This document shows, piece after piece, positions 50,101 through 63,459 of a stretch of DNA of 64,000 nucleotides. The DNA is from Takakia lepidozioides (Eukaryota > Plantae > Bryophyta). The DNA is taken from positions 61,690,001-61,754,000 of the forward strand of contig CM060733.1 of the NCBI GenBank assembly GCA_030704615.1, given 5' to 3'. The translations under genes were made by a program, and so were the position numbers. The notes beneath the pieces were generated by a model. The model was not told the DNA's origin and made no database searches. It saw nothing but the letters and a program-made list of their open reading frames with translations. Numbering within the stretch: position 1 is the stretch's first letter; each line of letters opens with the position of its first letter.

Positions 50101-51086
50101 AAACCCTCTACCGGCAGCATGTTGAGATGAGAGATATAGAGTGACAAATTGAGTTTTCGAGACTTGTTAGCATGTAAAATGAAACCTTGTTTCCACAAGC
50201 CATTGAAGGCGAAACAACCAAAAGTTACACAACGCTCTTGAAGGTGGAGCTTATCTCACTGGCATCCTGGTCTGCGAACCCGAATACTGTCCGCCTCAGG
50301 ATTATAACACATTTTCGAACTTCAAGGGCCCCACTTTATTACTTATGGGTAGCTACCCCTACTTTGTGATTGAGCTGAAAATATTTCCAGGTATCTTAGC
50401 AGAGGAGAGAGCAGCGAGAGCAGGAGTGTGCGACACCAGAAAGAAAGAAAGAATCTTCCAGTAGAGAGAAAGAGAGAGAAGGAACAACATACGTAGCCCA
50501 TTCAGGGTACTTTTCGTCCTCCTCTTTATTCCGCCGTCTCTTCTCTTCTTGGACTTTGAGCAGACGGCGTTCCCTAGCTCCAGACTTCGATCCCACTGCA
50601 TTTCCTCGACTACTGCTAGATTCCACCAAAACTCGCCTCTCTTGCCTACTCTTACGAAGCTCCCGAGATGAGCAATTGATTCTTTGTCGTCCCCTAGCTG
50701 GACAACCATCACACATTCCTTCAAAAGGCCAGGGAGACACTGCTGTTGCCGGAAAATAAAATAGACGTATGAAGCAGACAACCTGTCCAGTCCAAATATC
50801 TCGTGAAAATGCCTGTCATCCTGAGACCAATACATAACCAAGATTCACACATGGAGGAGACACGATGGATTTTAAGAGCTTCAAGAGGTTCCACAAGCGG
50901 AAATCCATGCTGCTGACGGTTCAAAGAGGTCATAGATCTGGAAGAAAAAAAATTTAACCTCCTCGAAGCGAAAAATACAAATTGGAGCGTACATTGAGCA
51001 AGATTGAGGCTATGACAGCGCTGCACGACCAGAGAGAGCTGTTGTGGGGTCACGGCTATCGCCAGCAAGGAAGACGCATCCGCCAT
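47121..51086 (-). CDS. DUF3531-family plastid protein, ~7 exons
   Basis: NPHIWLELYA, ALFHNIGDVEFQDNWARVW, DLGTSD, GIKQLVFGG..LGDWDEDLTS....YKI; transit-peptide-like first exon. Confidence 0.82.
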
Positions 51087-52739
51087 AGCTGCTGTCACTG
51101 AGATGTCATGCCTCCACGAAAGGTCCAAGGCATCTCCATCATCAGGGCTTGTTGGGCAGTAACAAATCAAGGCTGCATCCTTGCAACTCCTGCTCTCTTC
51201 TCTCTCCTCCCTTGCTGCAGCTTAAACCCCAGCCGTTCCCGTTACTAACGGAATGTGTCTACGTTTCATAGCCCCCCCTTGGCAGATCAAAGAAATAAAG
51301 TCTTGGATTCTTAATAGTGAAACTGAGGTAAGAGGGAGTGGGGAGGATTTGACCGGGGCCCCGCCGGAGGAGCCCAGGAGGGTGCCGGGAGCCGGAAAAA
51401 GTACCGTCAGATGACCCGAGTGCATCATTCCTATTATCTTCCCACACAAATCAAGTTGTTTCCAATACTGTTTTTGAGAACTTAGTTTCCTTGAGGTCTT
51501 TCACTCCCAGTGGATTCCCTAGTTAGTCCTCATTACTGTATTAGGGAAGGGTCGTTCCCTTCCACACGCGGAAGGTACTTCCCGCAAATTGGGGGACCCT
51601 TCCAAAAGCCGAAGGTACTTCCCGTAAATCGGGGGAACCTTGCGGCCAGGGAGGCTCCTTGAATTACAAAGAAAAAAATTTGCCAGTGTTTTACGTTGCA
51701 AGGAAAGCTTGGCAAGCAAACATTTCTACTCGTTTTCTTACAAGATTTCCTCCTGAGAGGAGCATTCTTGATTTTGACATACAAGACTGGTCCTGGAGAG
51801 CTCATTCACACTGAAGCATGTCTGGAAGGGAAATTCCTATCCCACCAATTGAAGGCCACATGGTGAAGCTCTGAAACAAGCAGCTGTAAGCAAAATGTAA
51901 AAACCCGAACAAGTGGACAAGACACACATTCTCAGTTACATATCTGATCATGCAAGATTAATTGCTAGAATTCAGCCTGCTCCAATGTGCAATGTGTGCA
52001 CAGCAAATTTGATATTCCTTCAGGACCACAGCTTGTCAAATGAGAGAGTGAGGCTGTGACGTATATTGACTGTTTCGGTAATGAACTTACTTGAATGAGA
52101 ACTTTTGACTAAAAGCCTTGGTTGCTCAAGCACGTCGCATTCTCCAGTTAACCTTTTGGAAAAGGCAGGGCAAATAAGGTTTGTCTTGTAAGTCGCTCGG
52201 GGTAGGATGTTGATTAATCAACACAGCCCTGAGCAAGTTGTTTTTAAGGATCATGAACATGGTGACAGAATGCACAAGCAATAAAAAATTGAATCAACTC
52301 TGATGATCAGATGGCGTTTCTCGTAGTAGTCCGAGAGGTTGGTTCACTTCTGGTCATGCCACATTTGCTCTTCCCGTCTCTTTTGGACATATTCGGCATG
52401 GTGCTAGAACTTCGTGTAATTGCCATCATTTAGTTTGAAACCCAGTGCTCATCACTAGAAAAACAGACTTAGTTCACAACTAGATGGACAGTCCAAAATC
52501 TTACATGTGACAGATTGTCTGGAGGTTTCCTTGTAGACGACAACTGAGTTCCACGTCCAAAAACTCTCTAATGTTTGGGTATCAACATGTAGACAAAAGA
52601 CCGTCAATTTCTTCTCTAACCTCAAGGAGAGTGAACATTCAGAATGAATGGATGGACTAATTGTGCCTTACAGAGTGGATGCGCATGCAAGTAGATCCTC
52701 GTCAAACATTTGGAGAACCACATTCACGTCTACTTCGGT

Positions 52740-55700
52740 TCATTCTTGCAAAATGGCACGACCCAAGTTGCAGGCTAGTGCAAGACGAACTCTCTGTATT
52801 GATGGACCTACAAGATCTCGTGGATTAATTCCATCAACATCTCCTCGAACTTTCGCTAGTGAAAGCTCTTGCAGTCGGCTCAACAAGACATGGGTTTCAC
52901 CTGCATTGAGCAGGGGCTGCTCTGGCCACTCAAGCAACTCTACCTGCCCCACGCACCCAACAGTCCATGTTGACTTTAGGACACCACTATGATGCAAATT
53001 CTGTGTGAAAGAGAGTTTTCAAATTGGAAGATTGGATCGATGATCACATTGTTTGGCAGCAATCTTCAACCGACAGCTTCGACTGATACGCAACAAGGAG
53101 ACTATGCTTCAGGCGAGTGCAACAATGATCTCTAACAAAATCCAATATCATCAATAGTAACCGTCACGGAGAGACGGGCTGAGGTGAAAACATACCGAGT
53201 CACACAGCAGAGGTAGCCAAAACCGTTGAGGAGTGACCTGAGGTTTCAGAAGCTGCACAGGTATGGGCACACCATAGCTCATCATGATAAATCACACCAC
53301 ATCCACATGTTATAAAGACCGTTCAATGTTTGTGTGCTGAGTTGCCAAAGCAAGGCAAGATCACAGAGATTTAGAGCAAACATAGGATTTAGTGCAGCTA
53401 CTGCCCAAACGGAGCCAATTTTTCATGCAAACCAGCAAGGAATGAATCAAGCTTCTGATAATGTTTATCTCAACATCACAGAGTTCCAACTCCCATCGCT
53501 GACATGCAACTGATTACAATCGTACAGTCCCCCAAAATTGTACCTAATTGAGTCCACTTTCACTACTGCATATAAAGCAAGGTGTATGTACCTGCAAAAG
53601 AGAATCAGCAGCCTGTCTAGCAGCTGCTACCAGCTTTTGTGAGTCTGGGACTTTAGATCTCATCTCCCATATGCTCTGCAATGCTACCTTGAACTCCCTA
53701 TACCTGCGCATGCATCAGTGTAGTCATGGCATGCATCAGTATATGAAAGTGGTTTGGGAGAGGAGCGACAGACCTCAAACAATAGAATACCGCTATCTAA
53801 TGGTGGTTACCAATCAAAGGGTCAATTATGCGAAGCTGTGGTCCTCTAGATATCACAACCTATTTTTTAGAGCATGGCACAATGCTGACAGTTTCGGGTA
53901 GAGAGGGTTTCACATGGTCCCAGCCAACGCAATGGCCAAGCAAGTATTAGGCTCTCCCCTCCCATTCGGTTTCAGACATGAAAGTAGCTTGCAGTGCTCT
54001 TCACTGTTCTCTTCAGGGATCAGACACCGCATTTTGGGAGAACGCTAAGTAGACAAGAGCATCACTACCCCTCAGTCCCAGATCCATGGCTTCCCCTTGC
54101 TTTCAGATCCCATTGTTCTCCACAACATTGTTATCAAAAATATGTACTAGCTCATTACTTGTATGCAGGCCAGTTCAACAATGTGTCTAAGACAGGTAAA
54201 AACTGTCTAATTAGATCAAGTTGGACAGATTGCTAAGGGTTTCACAACCAGGAAACCAGGGGCAGCAGCTGATTGATTAAGACACATCAATCTACAAGTT
54301 AGTCAAGGAAAACTTTTTGGGTGATGTCACGAACAGAACTGACCTATGTAAAAAGGAGAGACCTCGAGTAGCATGCAGTTCAGGACCCAGCAGATCCACC
54401 AAGCCCTCGAGATGCTGCAAAACAATAGCCCAAGAACCAGCAGCATCACTCCCCCTCTCTGCAGAAGAGTCACTTCTCAATGGTGTGTAGACTCTACCAT
54501 TCTGCAGGTTTACAACAGCCTTCTACTACCTTAAGACTCTCAGTCTGGGCCCCAGTAATTCCAGCAGACACTGAAGCCAGAAGCTCATCTGCGACTGCAG
54601 ACAGGCGGCGGTCATCGTGGGCCCGCTGGAGCCATGCAATGCCAGCACCCTTGCGCCCATGTTTCCAATTATGCACTCCTGCAACCTGCAGTACCGATTC
54701 TTTAGAACAAAAGACACATGCATCGCTTGTGCCCTTGACTGCTTTGAGAATCCCAGAAAGAGCGGTAGTTAAAACAGTGCCCAGGGTTCCCATATTGATC
54801 ATAAAACAAGGTATGGGAACATCACCCTATTGATGGTCGTAGCCACAGCTTCCAGATCATAAAGCCTGCACACCTCCAAAGCCTGTTGATACAGAAGGAA
54901 CTTTTGTGTGTGAAAAGATATTCTGTTACAACTCTAGCTATGTCATCCTTGGTAATCTATCAATTCTATATACCATTCTTAATACCCCCATAAGGTCAAG
55001 GAATAGCTATCGCTGAACAGAAACATCCTTCACTACTGGAGAATTGAAAACAACCTCTAGAAAACAGAACACCATACCTTGAGAGCAACACAATCGCCGC
55101 TTGACACTGGCTGTTTCAGAAGCAAGGATTCTAGCATCCCTAGTCCTTCTCTTGGACAGAATGAAAGGTACACAGGAGCTAGCTGCGCCAGGCCCCGACA
55201 ACCGTTTACAGCAAAAAAGTCATCAATACAGAATGGCTGCAAATGAATCACTCCAGAATCTACCGCTTGCACCTGTTATATCAAACCCTAATCAGAAAGT
55301 TTCTGACTTGACAAACCAATGAGAAAGACAGAAAGTGAGTTGAAGGCATTACTTGAGACACTAAATGTCGGTAGCTACACGCAGGAGGGTGGTTACATTA
55401 TGAATGGTAAACATAAGATAGAATGAGCAGAGGCCGCTAAATTTTAGCAAGTCAGGGGAGAATTTTAGGTGAAAACTAGAAATTTTCCTTGCAGAAGGGG
55501 GAATTGAGATTTGAGGTTTCAGATGGCATTGGCCTAGGTTTGGGACGTTCTTTGTGACACCCATTACTCAATTGCACCCCATATGCAGCAACAAACGGAT
55601 CTCAGACAAGCTGGCACTGGCTGCAATGTTCAGACCTGCCAAGTGAGTGGATGAGAAGCAAGGACTTGTGCATAAAATAATCGGTGGAGTTCTTCCAAAC

Positions 55701-58700
55701 TGATGCCACCAAGCGTGTCTCTTTCTTCTCCTAAAAGTGCTTGAGCATACTTGCTCTTGGCAGTCAATAATTCCATCACATGTGACATGAACCTGAAGAA
55801 ACACATGCCACAATCATTGGTCATGATGTGTATCATCCAAAGATCACCACACCAAGGAAACTCTATCATGTTCATGAGGAAATTGCCTCAAGGACAAAAG
55901 GTTCAACTTACCAGGGGTCAAAGACTCGGGAGCACTCAGCAACCACCACCTGCATAAATAACCAGTGTTGTCTCATCAAGATTAAGTCCAGGTCAATTAA
56001 GGACCGAAAGACAAAACAAACTGCCCTATCTATGCCGAAACAGATTAATGAAAGCTAAGCCCAGCACGCTGACCAATATGAATTACAGACACCAAAAATA
56101 GAACCTCAGTATCATCGCCAAGTATCGCCAGCATCAATTCCTGAAGTGGATCATTACTGGATGCAGCTTCATCAATACTTGAATTAGCTTTGGACTCGAC
56201 ACATTTGATAGCATAGCCTGCTAACCCTTCTGACACCTGCTCAGAACCACCCAGTAATCAGAATGAAGCACAGAACTCGGTATTGAATCATAATTAAGCC
56301 TGCAGGTGTGAAAGATAGCCTTCAGATACTGCACATCCACATGTTTTCACACTGAAATACCTTAGTCACACATGAGGCTCATCACTGCTTGATGACACAT
56401 CATAAATTTATAACATTTGATTTAAATACATAATTTGTTATCTCCATTTTTAGGATTTTGCATGCAGAGATGTCAAGGTTTTATGGGTTTTGGTATAAAA
56501 TGCTGGTGGGTTTTTTTAGTAAAGAAGCTTGAAGGATTTATATCTCTTGAAATCTGCAGACTCTGGACATCTGTCCCATGCAGAAGCATTACACTTCTCA
56601 GCACAAGATTGTCATACTTGCATAGATCAGTAACCCAAGACAACAGAGGTAATGACCATGTAAAGCACTATAACAGAGGGACATACCTTAGAGAAAGGTT
56701 GGACGTGGAGGAGATGAGCCACGAGGAGCTCCATCCAGTGTGACGTGGCACTGACCAGATCCCCCATGCTGCCCAACAGCAGCTTCAGTAGCTTCTTAAG
56801 ACCCTGCAGTGTGTTATGGTGATTACACTTCTCCCAATAGTCGCTCCCGTCCAGTTTAGCCACATGCATCCGCCATCTCTCCCACTCCTACACCATCCCC
56901 CATGTGCATTAGGCCAAGATATATCAAACTCCAAACCGATCGCAAAACAAAAGTGGAAATGTAAGCATCTAATCGAGAGGGAGTGAAAACTCAGCAGGTG
57001 ACATGCCTTGGCAAACTCTGGCTTAAAGTTGAAGGCAATGCCAGGAGCACCGGCAGGTAGACTAGGACGCAGCCGGGGCATCTTTGAGATGAGCACTGCC
57101 ACTGTTTCCACGAGCCCATTCTCTACCTGTTCCATCACCCATATGGATATCAGGAGCTTAATGGTACTTGCATTAATTTCACCGTAGTAGTTCCTTAAAA
57201 AACAAGCCATACATGCTACTTGCAAATCTCTGTAATTGACTTCAGAGACAAGAGGCTCACTGAACGGTTGTCAATTTGGTCATGTTGATAAGAGCCATGC
57301 ATCCGCAGCAAGTTAATCTGCAGCCAATACAAGCCATGATTCAGATGTCAACATGGACAGAGTGACACCACCTAAACTTAGCCACACACTACATCTGTGC
57401 AAGCATACATACACGGTTTTAAGGGGTGATTAGTGGTAACACAGAGCCACAAACTAGCAAAAGTTAGAGGGATCCCGACCACTATGTCAAGCCAGCCAAC
57501 TGCAAGGGCTGAAGCGACTCCCTCCCAGTATTCAGCATCATCCTCTGGAAACTGACATAGCCCACACCTTCAAGTGGTCAGTTTACATACATTAATGACT
57601 CGGTGTAACCCCCACCCTCAGGCAAGACAAGAGGACAGTATTTTCCACAGTAGGAGCACAGCGACTGACAGCGATACAAAGATACACAGACAGACAGTCA
57701 CATCAAGCTGAAACTTTGATAAACACAGTGCATGTAAGCAATGTTCTGCAAAAGTACTCAACCACTTTTTCTCACATAATCAGCAGCAATAAACATCTAT
57801 AAAAAAAAAGAGAGAGGAGGCTTTGACACCCACCCGCAAGTTTACCAACTTCTGCTGAAGTTTGACAAGCTTGGACTGAAGTGTTGCACTGGGCAGCGCC
57901 CCATCATAGCTCTGCAAGGATACCAGACCCTCTTTGGTCATAAATATCCTGATATATTAAAGTGAAAACGGTGCCTAGCCACCTGTAGATGATGCTGGCA
58001 GCATGTAAAATCATGATGGCTAAAAACCAAAGATAAGTGGAAGATGTCAAGTAAATTGCTTACAGCCAGCCAGTCAACCAAGCGTTCTGGAAGCCATGAT
58101 GCTGCATTCTTGTCTACATAAAAGATTTCCAACAGGTCCCAAACTGCCTTCACAGTTGTCGGCTCCTGCTTCACACAGAAATATACAAGCAGACAAAGTC
58201 TTACAAACGTGATTCAAAATCCTCTTGAATCTTTGGACTAGAAAAGAGGTAAGAGAGAGAGGTTTGTGTCCCATCACAGGATATCCTGCTTGTTATGTAA
58301 AAGATGTATTGAAGGTCCCAAGATAAATACCTATATCATACAAAGAGGAACTACTGGTTGAAAATTTTGGACGTTAGTTACTTCAAGGACAGCCCCCATT
58401 CTGAACTCAGAATTTATATATGTTTGTCTGACAGTCAACGTGCACAAAGTTGGAGATTAGTTTCAAAATGCAGGACGCATCCCCAAATCCCAATCCATTC
58501 CAAGTTCTGAGTTGACAAAAACTCAAAACAAAAAAGCGAGATCCACAATTAAGCCAGCATCTCAACCTTGCCTTTGAAGTATCACTAGAACGGTGTACAG
58601 CTGAGCCTGCTGGACCCTTGCTGGACCCAAGGGTGGCACTAATGCTGTGGCTGTACTCCAAAACATTTTGCCACCTGCAAATACAAACCCACAGTGTTCC

Positions 58701-59644
58701 CCTCAAACGTACTTTTCCACTAAATTTCGGTGTTTTTGCACCTAGGACTGGACATACAACTTCAGAGCATATTATATTGCCTTCCAAGTGAAATTTGCCC
58801 CATTTTCCCCCTTCATCATGTGATGCTACCATCGTCCCTGAATATTTGGGACCTCAGAGGCCGTCTGAAAGCGCAAGAAACCGAAGCTTCTAAGCAAACA
58901 AGGAGACAGATTTCGGCACATTCGGGCAAATTCAATAGTTCCACAAAAATTGTCTCCTCGGCACTTCACTTCCACGCAGTCCTACGCAGCTAATAAATGC
59001 CTTTTGGGGAGTCCACTTTCAAGAGCTAAGAAATCGAAACACCGTGCTTCTTTCACAGTACTTCGTGCATGATGCATCTCCAAAGATCACTAATATTGAC
59101 TTCAGCAACCGAAACAACTTCTGGAAACGTAAATGCAGGTCAGCCTCAGGGGGCTGCGTTTTAGAGCAGCTTATCATAGCCCGATATACATTCCCGTTCA
59201 TATCCAAGAAGGTTGAAGAGAAGGCCGCGGGTGCACTCACCAATCGGCAGCAACGCCCCTATTCGGAGTGTCAAACTGGAACAACTGCTGCTTCTGGTTT
59301 TGCAAGTACGCAAAGGCTTGAACAGAGACATACGCAATGCGTCGCTTCTCTGCGAATCCCTGGCTCTCATCCTTCTTCCCAAGCTGGATTTCAACCACTT
59401 TTCCGCCCCCGTCCGCCTCGGCGTTGAGGGTAGCTACTGTACCAGAATTAGAGTCAGCAGAGGGAGGCTGGGCCAGGTAAGAAACGCGAAGGCAATTTCC
59501 ATGGTTCCACGATAACAGGATGCGGGGCACTCCTTTGACACAGTGATGAACAGTGTACACGACGCTTGGACTCTGCTCAGAGAGCCGTTCTTCATAGGGC
59601 ACAAGAATGCCGCCATTGTGGCCATTATTAGAGGGCATTCCCAT
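52740..59644 (-). CDS. NUP85: Nuclear pore complex protein Nup85, many exons
   Basis: SWNHGNCLRVS, EKRRIAYVSV, VKAVWDLLEIFY, WLPERLVDWL, ENGLVETVAVLISKMPRLRP, HWMELL, SHPLTWQ, HNWKHGRKGAG, RVRLALACNLGRAILQE. Confidence 0.92.
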
Positions 59645-60508
59645 GCAGAATCTGTTTCAACTCTCCAACCGATCTGGACAATCCAGCAACGCAATCTTCA
59701 AAATCTTCACCACAACACCGCAGCTGCCAACTCCTCCGAAGAACCACTGGAAACTTGGATGTAAGACCTAGGACACTCCTCGAAACAAATGAAGCTCTGG
59801 CCTGCACACTGCAGTGTCCCCGGTTCTCTCTCCTACCTGCTACAGGGTCGTAGAGTAGCTGCTCCGCTTCACGAAGCTAGCAGTCAGTCAAGTGAGTCAA
59901 GACCTAAACCTAACCTAATTTCAAACTAATTTTAGACTGTAAGCTAATGTGTCCGACTTCCGTTTGCAAACACCTGATAGCTTATCGGAATCTTGAGCCG
60001 AGAATTTACCCAGTTTTTCAGTTTTACAGTTTTTCAGTAAAAAGGGGCTGTCAGGTTGCCATGCTTGTGGCCTAATTCATACGCAAATGGCAACTATAGC
60101 AGGTGTCATATGATCATATGGAGAGAGTTCATTGGTCTAGTTGGGGATTGAGAGTCTTATTCTGCGGCATTTCTGATAACAAGTCACTTGTTCATGCAGA
60201 CCGACTTGTTGTACAATGGCTGATGGAAATTCTGTTAAGTATCATGATGCCTCTTGGCCTCTTGCCAGACATGTAGTATTAAACTATTCACTCATTCAAG
60301 ATCACAGGTGACATATAGCATATCCATAGGTTACTACCTGAAGTACCTGCATAATACCTGATTTGTCAAATGTGAACTGTCAAAGAGATGAAGGATTTCA
60401 GTTCTGAGGTGCTCAATGACACGATTCATATATTTCCACACTAACAATAATAGGACAAAATTTGACCTAAAATTGGAGAGATACTTTCTTTCATGTGTGC
60501 TGCCTGTT

Positions 60509-60999
60509 TCAGCAGTAATCTCCGAAGGAAACCCATCTTTGAAGTGGTCAAAGCGGTTGGCATCCTGTACATCATTTGATCGCGAAATGGACTTAGTGGC
60601 TGTGTGGCAGTCACCACATACCCAAAGGTGTTGATAATGCAGAGAGACCTGGGGGCCATGCTGATCAGCCCAATAGCAATGGCCAGCTTCTCACAGTGGT
60701 GGTAAAGAGAACATTCCTTTCGCGTCTCCTCCACATCATGCCATACAAAGCACATGTCAGGCTTATACCCAGTCCCTGGACAATTTCTTCAGCTTCGCAT
60801 GAATTTCCTCAATTTGTGGATGCAGCATGTCTTCTGCCATGAATTTATGCACCTGGTTGTCTACCTCAATGCAGCCCAAGCTCCTTCTGTCACACCTGCC
60901 CTCCATCAATGTTCTCACCTTTGGTGCATCATCCCACCTGCCAGCCACTGCATATATGCTTGATAGTAGCATGTAAGTTGCAGCTGGCAGTGGATCCAA
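60509..60999 (-). pseudogene. Decayed E2/E+/DYW C-terminus of the PPR gene above
   Basis: After TAG at 61000-61002 the same frame continues LDP..ATYMLLSSIY. Frameshifted pieces follow: GYKPD, HHCEKLAIA, VCGDCHTATK, DANRFDHFKDG, DYC-stop. Confidence 0.88.
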
Positions 61000-63459
61000 C
61001 TAGAGAAGGGATTTTGCTGCACGTTCTGCTAGCTCTACATCGCCAATTCTGCAGGCAGCAAGCAAGGCCCCCCACAGTGAAGCATCTGGTTCCATTGGCA
61101 TGTCATCCATGAAGTCCTCGACATCATCCAATCGCCCTGCACGGCCAAGAAGATCCACCATGCAGCCAAAATGCTCCACTCCAGGAGTAAGACCATGATC
61201 TTGACTCATGCAATCGAAGTAGTGGCAGCCTTCATCCACCAGGCCCGCATGGCTACATGCAGAGAGAAGACAGAGAAAGGTGATACTGTCCGGTTTCAAC
61301 CCTTCCTCTTGCATTTGTTCAAATAGTCCGAGGGCCTCCCGACCACACCCATGCTGGGCATATCCTGCCATCATGGTGCTCCATGAGACCACGTTTCGTT
61401 GAGCCATATCGTTGAATACTTGACGTGCACTCTTTAAGCTCCCGCATTTGGCATACATGTTGACAAGGGCAGTCTCTAGGATATAATCAGGCCCAATTCC
61501 AGCTTTGACGAAGTCAGCATGGACCTCTGTGCCTTTTTCAAGAGCTGCCAGGCTGGCACAGGCCTTGAGAACACAAATGTACGTGACCTCATGGGGGGTC
61601 ACCCCTGACTGTATCATTTGGTCATACATGTTGAGAGCCTCCTTACCCCACCCATTCGCGGCATATCCTGCAATCATGGCACACCATGAGACAGCATCAC
61701 ATTGAACCATCTTGTCAAATACTTTACGGGCATCCTGCATGCTCCCACAAGTGGCATACATGTCCAAAAGGGTATTTTCCAGAATGATATCTGTAGCAAT
61801 TCCCCCTTTGACGATGTTAGCATGCACCTCTCTGCCCTTTTCCAGGGATCCCAGGCTGGCACAGGCATTGAGAACGCAAGTGAGTGCAACCTTGTCAGGC
61901 CTTACCCCATCCTGTATCATTTGCTGATACAACTTGAAGGCTTCCCTTCCATATCCATGCTGAACATATACTGAGATCATGGAGCTCCATGAGACCACAT
62001 TCCGTTTAGTAATATTGTCGAACACTTGCCGTGCATGTTTCACACTCCCGCATTTGGCATACATTGACAGAAGGTTATTGGCCAGAATGATATCCGGTAT
62101 GATTCCAGCTTTGATGATGCTGGCATGTACCTCCATGCCCTGTTTCAGGTCTCCCAGGCAGGCACAAGCCTTGAGAATGCAAATGAATGTGACCCCATTG
62201 GGCATCACCCCATCCAGTCTCATTTGCTCATACATTTCCAAAGCATCCCTACCATATCCATGCTCAGCGTATCCTGCAATCATGGCACTATATGAGACAA
62301 CATCTCGTGGAATCATATTGTTGAACACTTGACGTGCATCCTTCAGGCTGCCACATTTCGCATACACATTGATAAGGGCATTCTGCAAAATGATATCTGG
62401 GGCAAGTCCAGCTTTGAGGATGTCCCTGTGCACCTCTCTGCCCTTTTCCAGGGCCCCCAAGCTGGCGCATGCTTTGAGAACGCAAGTGAATGTGACCGCA
62501 TTTGCCATCACCCCTTTGTGTACCATCTGGTCATACATATCCAAAGCCCCCCTATTACAGCCATGCTGAGCATACCCTGTGATCATGGCACTCCATGACA
62601 CCACATTCTGTTTAGCCATATAATCAAACACTTGATGTGCATGCTTCAAGCTCCCGCATTTCGCATACATGTCCACAAGGGTATTCTCCAGAATGATATC
62701 TTGTGTGATTGCGGATTTCACAATGTCTGTATGTACCTTTATGCCCTTTTCCAGAGCACCCATGCTGGCACACGCCTTGAGTATGCAAGTGAATGTGACA
62801 GCATTGGGTGTCACCCCTTCTCCTATCATCTGCCCATAGATGTCAAAAGCCTCCTTACCACAACCATGTTTGGCATATCCTGCAATCATTGTATTCCACG
62901 TAACCACATCACGTCCAGGCATTTTCTCAAAAACTTGGCGTGCATCCACTATACTCCCGCACTTTGCATACATGTCGATGAGGATGTTCAGTAGAGAGAT
63001 GTTTGGCTTGAATCCACTTTGAATAATTTGGGCATGCAACTGCTTACCCTCTGCTAGCCGTTGCTTGCTGATGCACTCCTTCAAGATACAGACATAAGTG
63101 TTAGAGTCCGCCGGAGTACCTTGTGGGTTCAAAATGTGCAGCCCCTCTTTCAGCCATTCTGCCTTACACAGTGTCCTCACATCCTCACACATGCCAAGAG
63201 AGTTCTTGCTGACTCTCTGTGTTGGTCCTTCAAGCCAAGCTGATTGTGGGCAATACTCAAATCTGTCCACGGCCCCTGTTTGACCATGGACTGTGCTTTC
63301 ACCATGATGTGGAGCAATAGCAGATTGAATTTGAAATTGTATCATGGCACCTACCTCCTCTTTGACCCAAGGAGGATTTGCACAACCCTCAATCCAAAAG
63401 GCCTCCTTGTAGCATACATGTATGGAATGAGGTGATCTTGCACTTTTCTGGAAAACCAC
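61000..63459 (-). CDS. PLS-class PPR protein (about 20 motifs: L-S-(P-L-S)x5-P2-L2-S2, then E1), ending at a premature TAG; start codon uncertain (first in-frame ATG ~63345)
   Basis: Uninterrupted 819-aa ORF of canonical 35/35/31-aa PLS triplets, then FLCLLSACSHAGLVDEG, CMVDLLGRAG and LWGALLAACR. Confidence 0.9.
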   Translation of the reverse strand: MVFQKSARSPHSIHVCYKEAFWIEGCANPPWVKEEVGAMIQFQIQSAIAPHHGESTVHGQTGAVDRFEYCPQSAWLEGPTQRVSKNSLGMCEDVRTLCKAEWLKEGLHILNPQGTPADSNTYVCILKECISKQRLAEGKQLHAQIIQSGFKPNISLLNILIDMYAKCGSIVDARQVFEKMPGRDVVTWNTMIAGYAKHGCGKEAFDIYGQMIGEGVTPNAVTFTCILKACASMGALEKGIKVHTDIVKSAITQDIILENTLVDMYAKCGSLKHAHQVFDYMAKQNVVSWSAMITGYAQHGCNRGALDMYDQMVHKGVMANAVTFTCVLKACASLGALEKGREVHRDILKAGLAPDIILQNALINVYAKCGSLKDARQVFNNMIPRDVVSYSAMIAGYAEHGYGRDALEMYEQMRLDGVMPNGVTFICILKACACLGDLKQGMEVHASIIKAGIIPDIILANNLLSMYAKCGSVKHARQVFDNITKRNVVSWSSMISVYVQHGYGREAFKLYQQMIQDGVRPDKVALTCVLNACASLGSLEKGREVHANIVKGGIATDIILENTLLDMYATCGSMQDARKVFDKMVQCDAVSWCAMIAGYAANGWGKEALNMYDQMIQSGVTPHEVTYICVLKACASLAALEKGTEVHADFVKAGIGPDYILETALVNMYAKCGSLKSARQVFNDMAQRNVVSWSTMMAGYAQHGCGREALGLFEQMQEEGLKPDSITFLCLLSACSHAGLVDEGCHYFDCMSQDHGLTPGVEHFGCMVDLLGRAGRLDDVEDFMDDMPMEPDASLWGALLAACRIGDVELAERAAKSLL

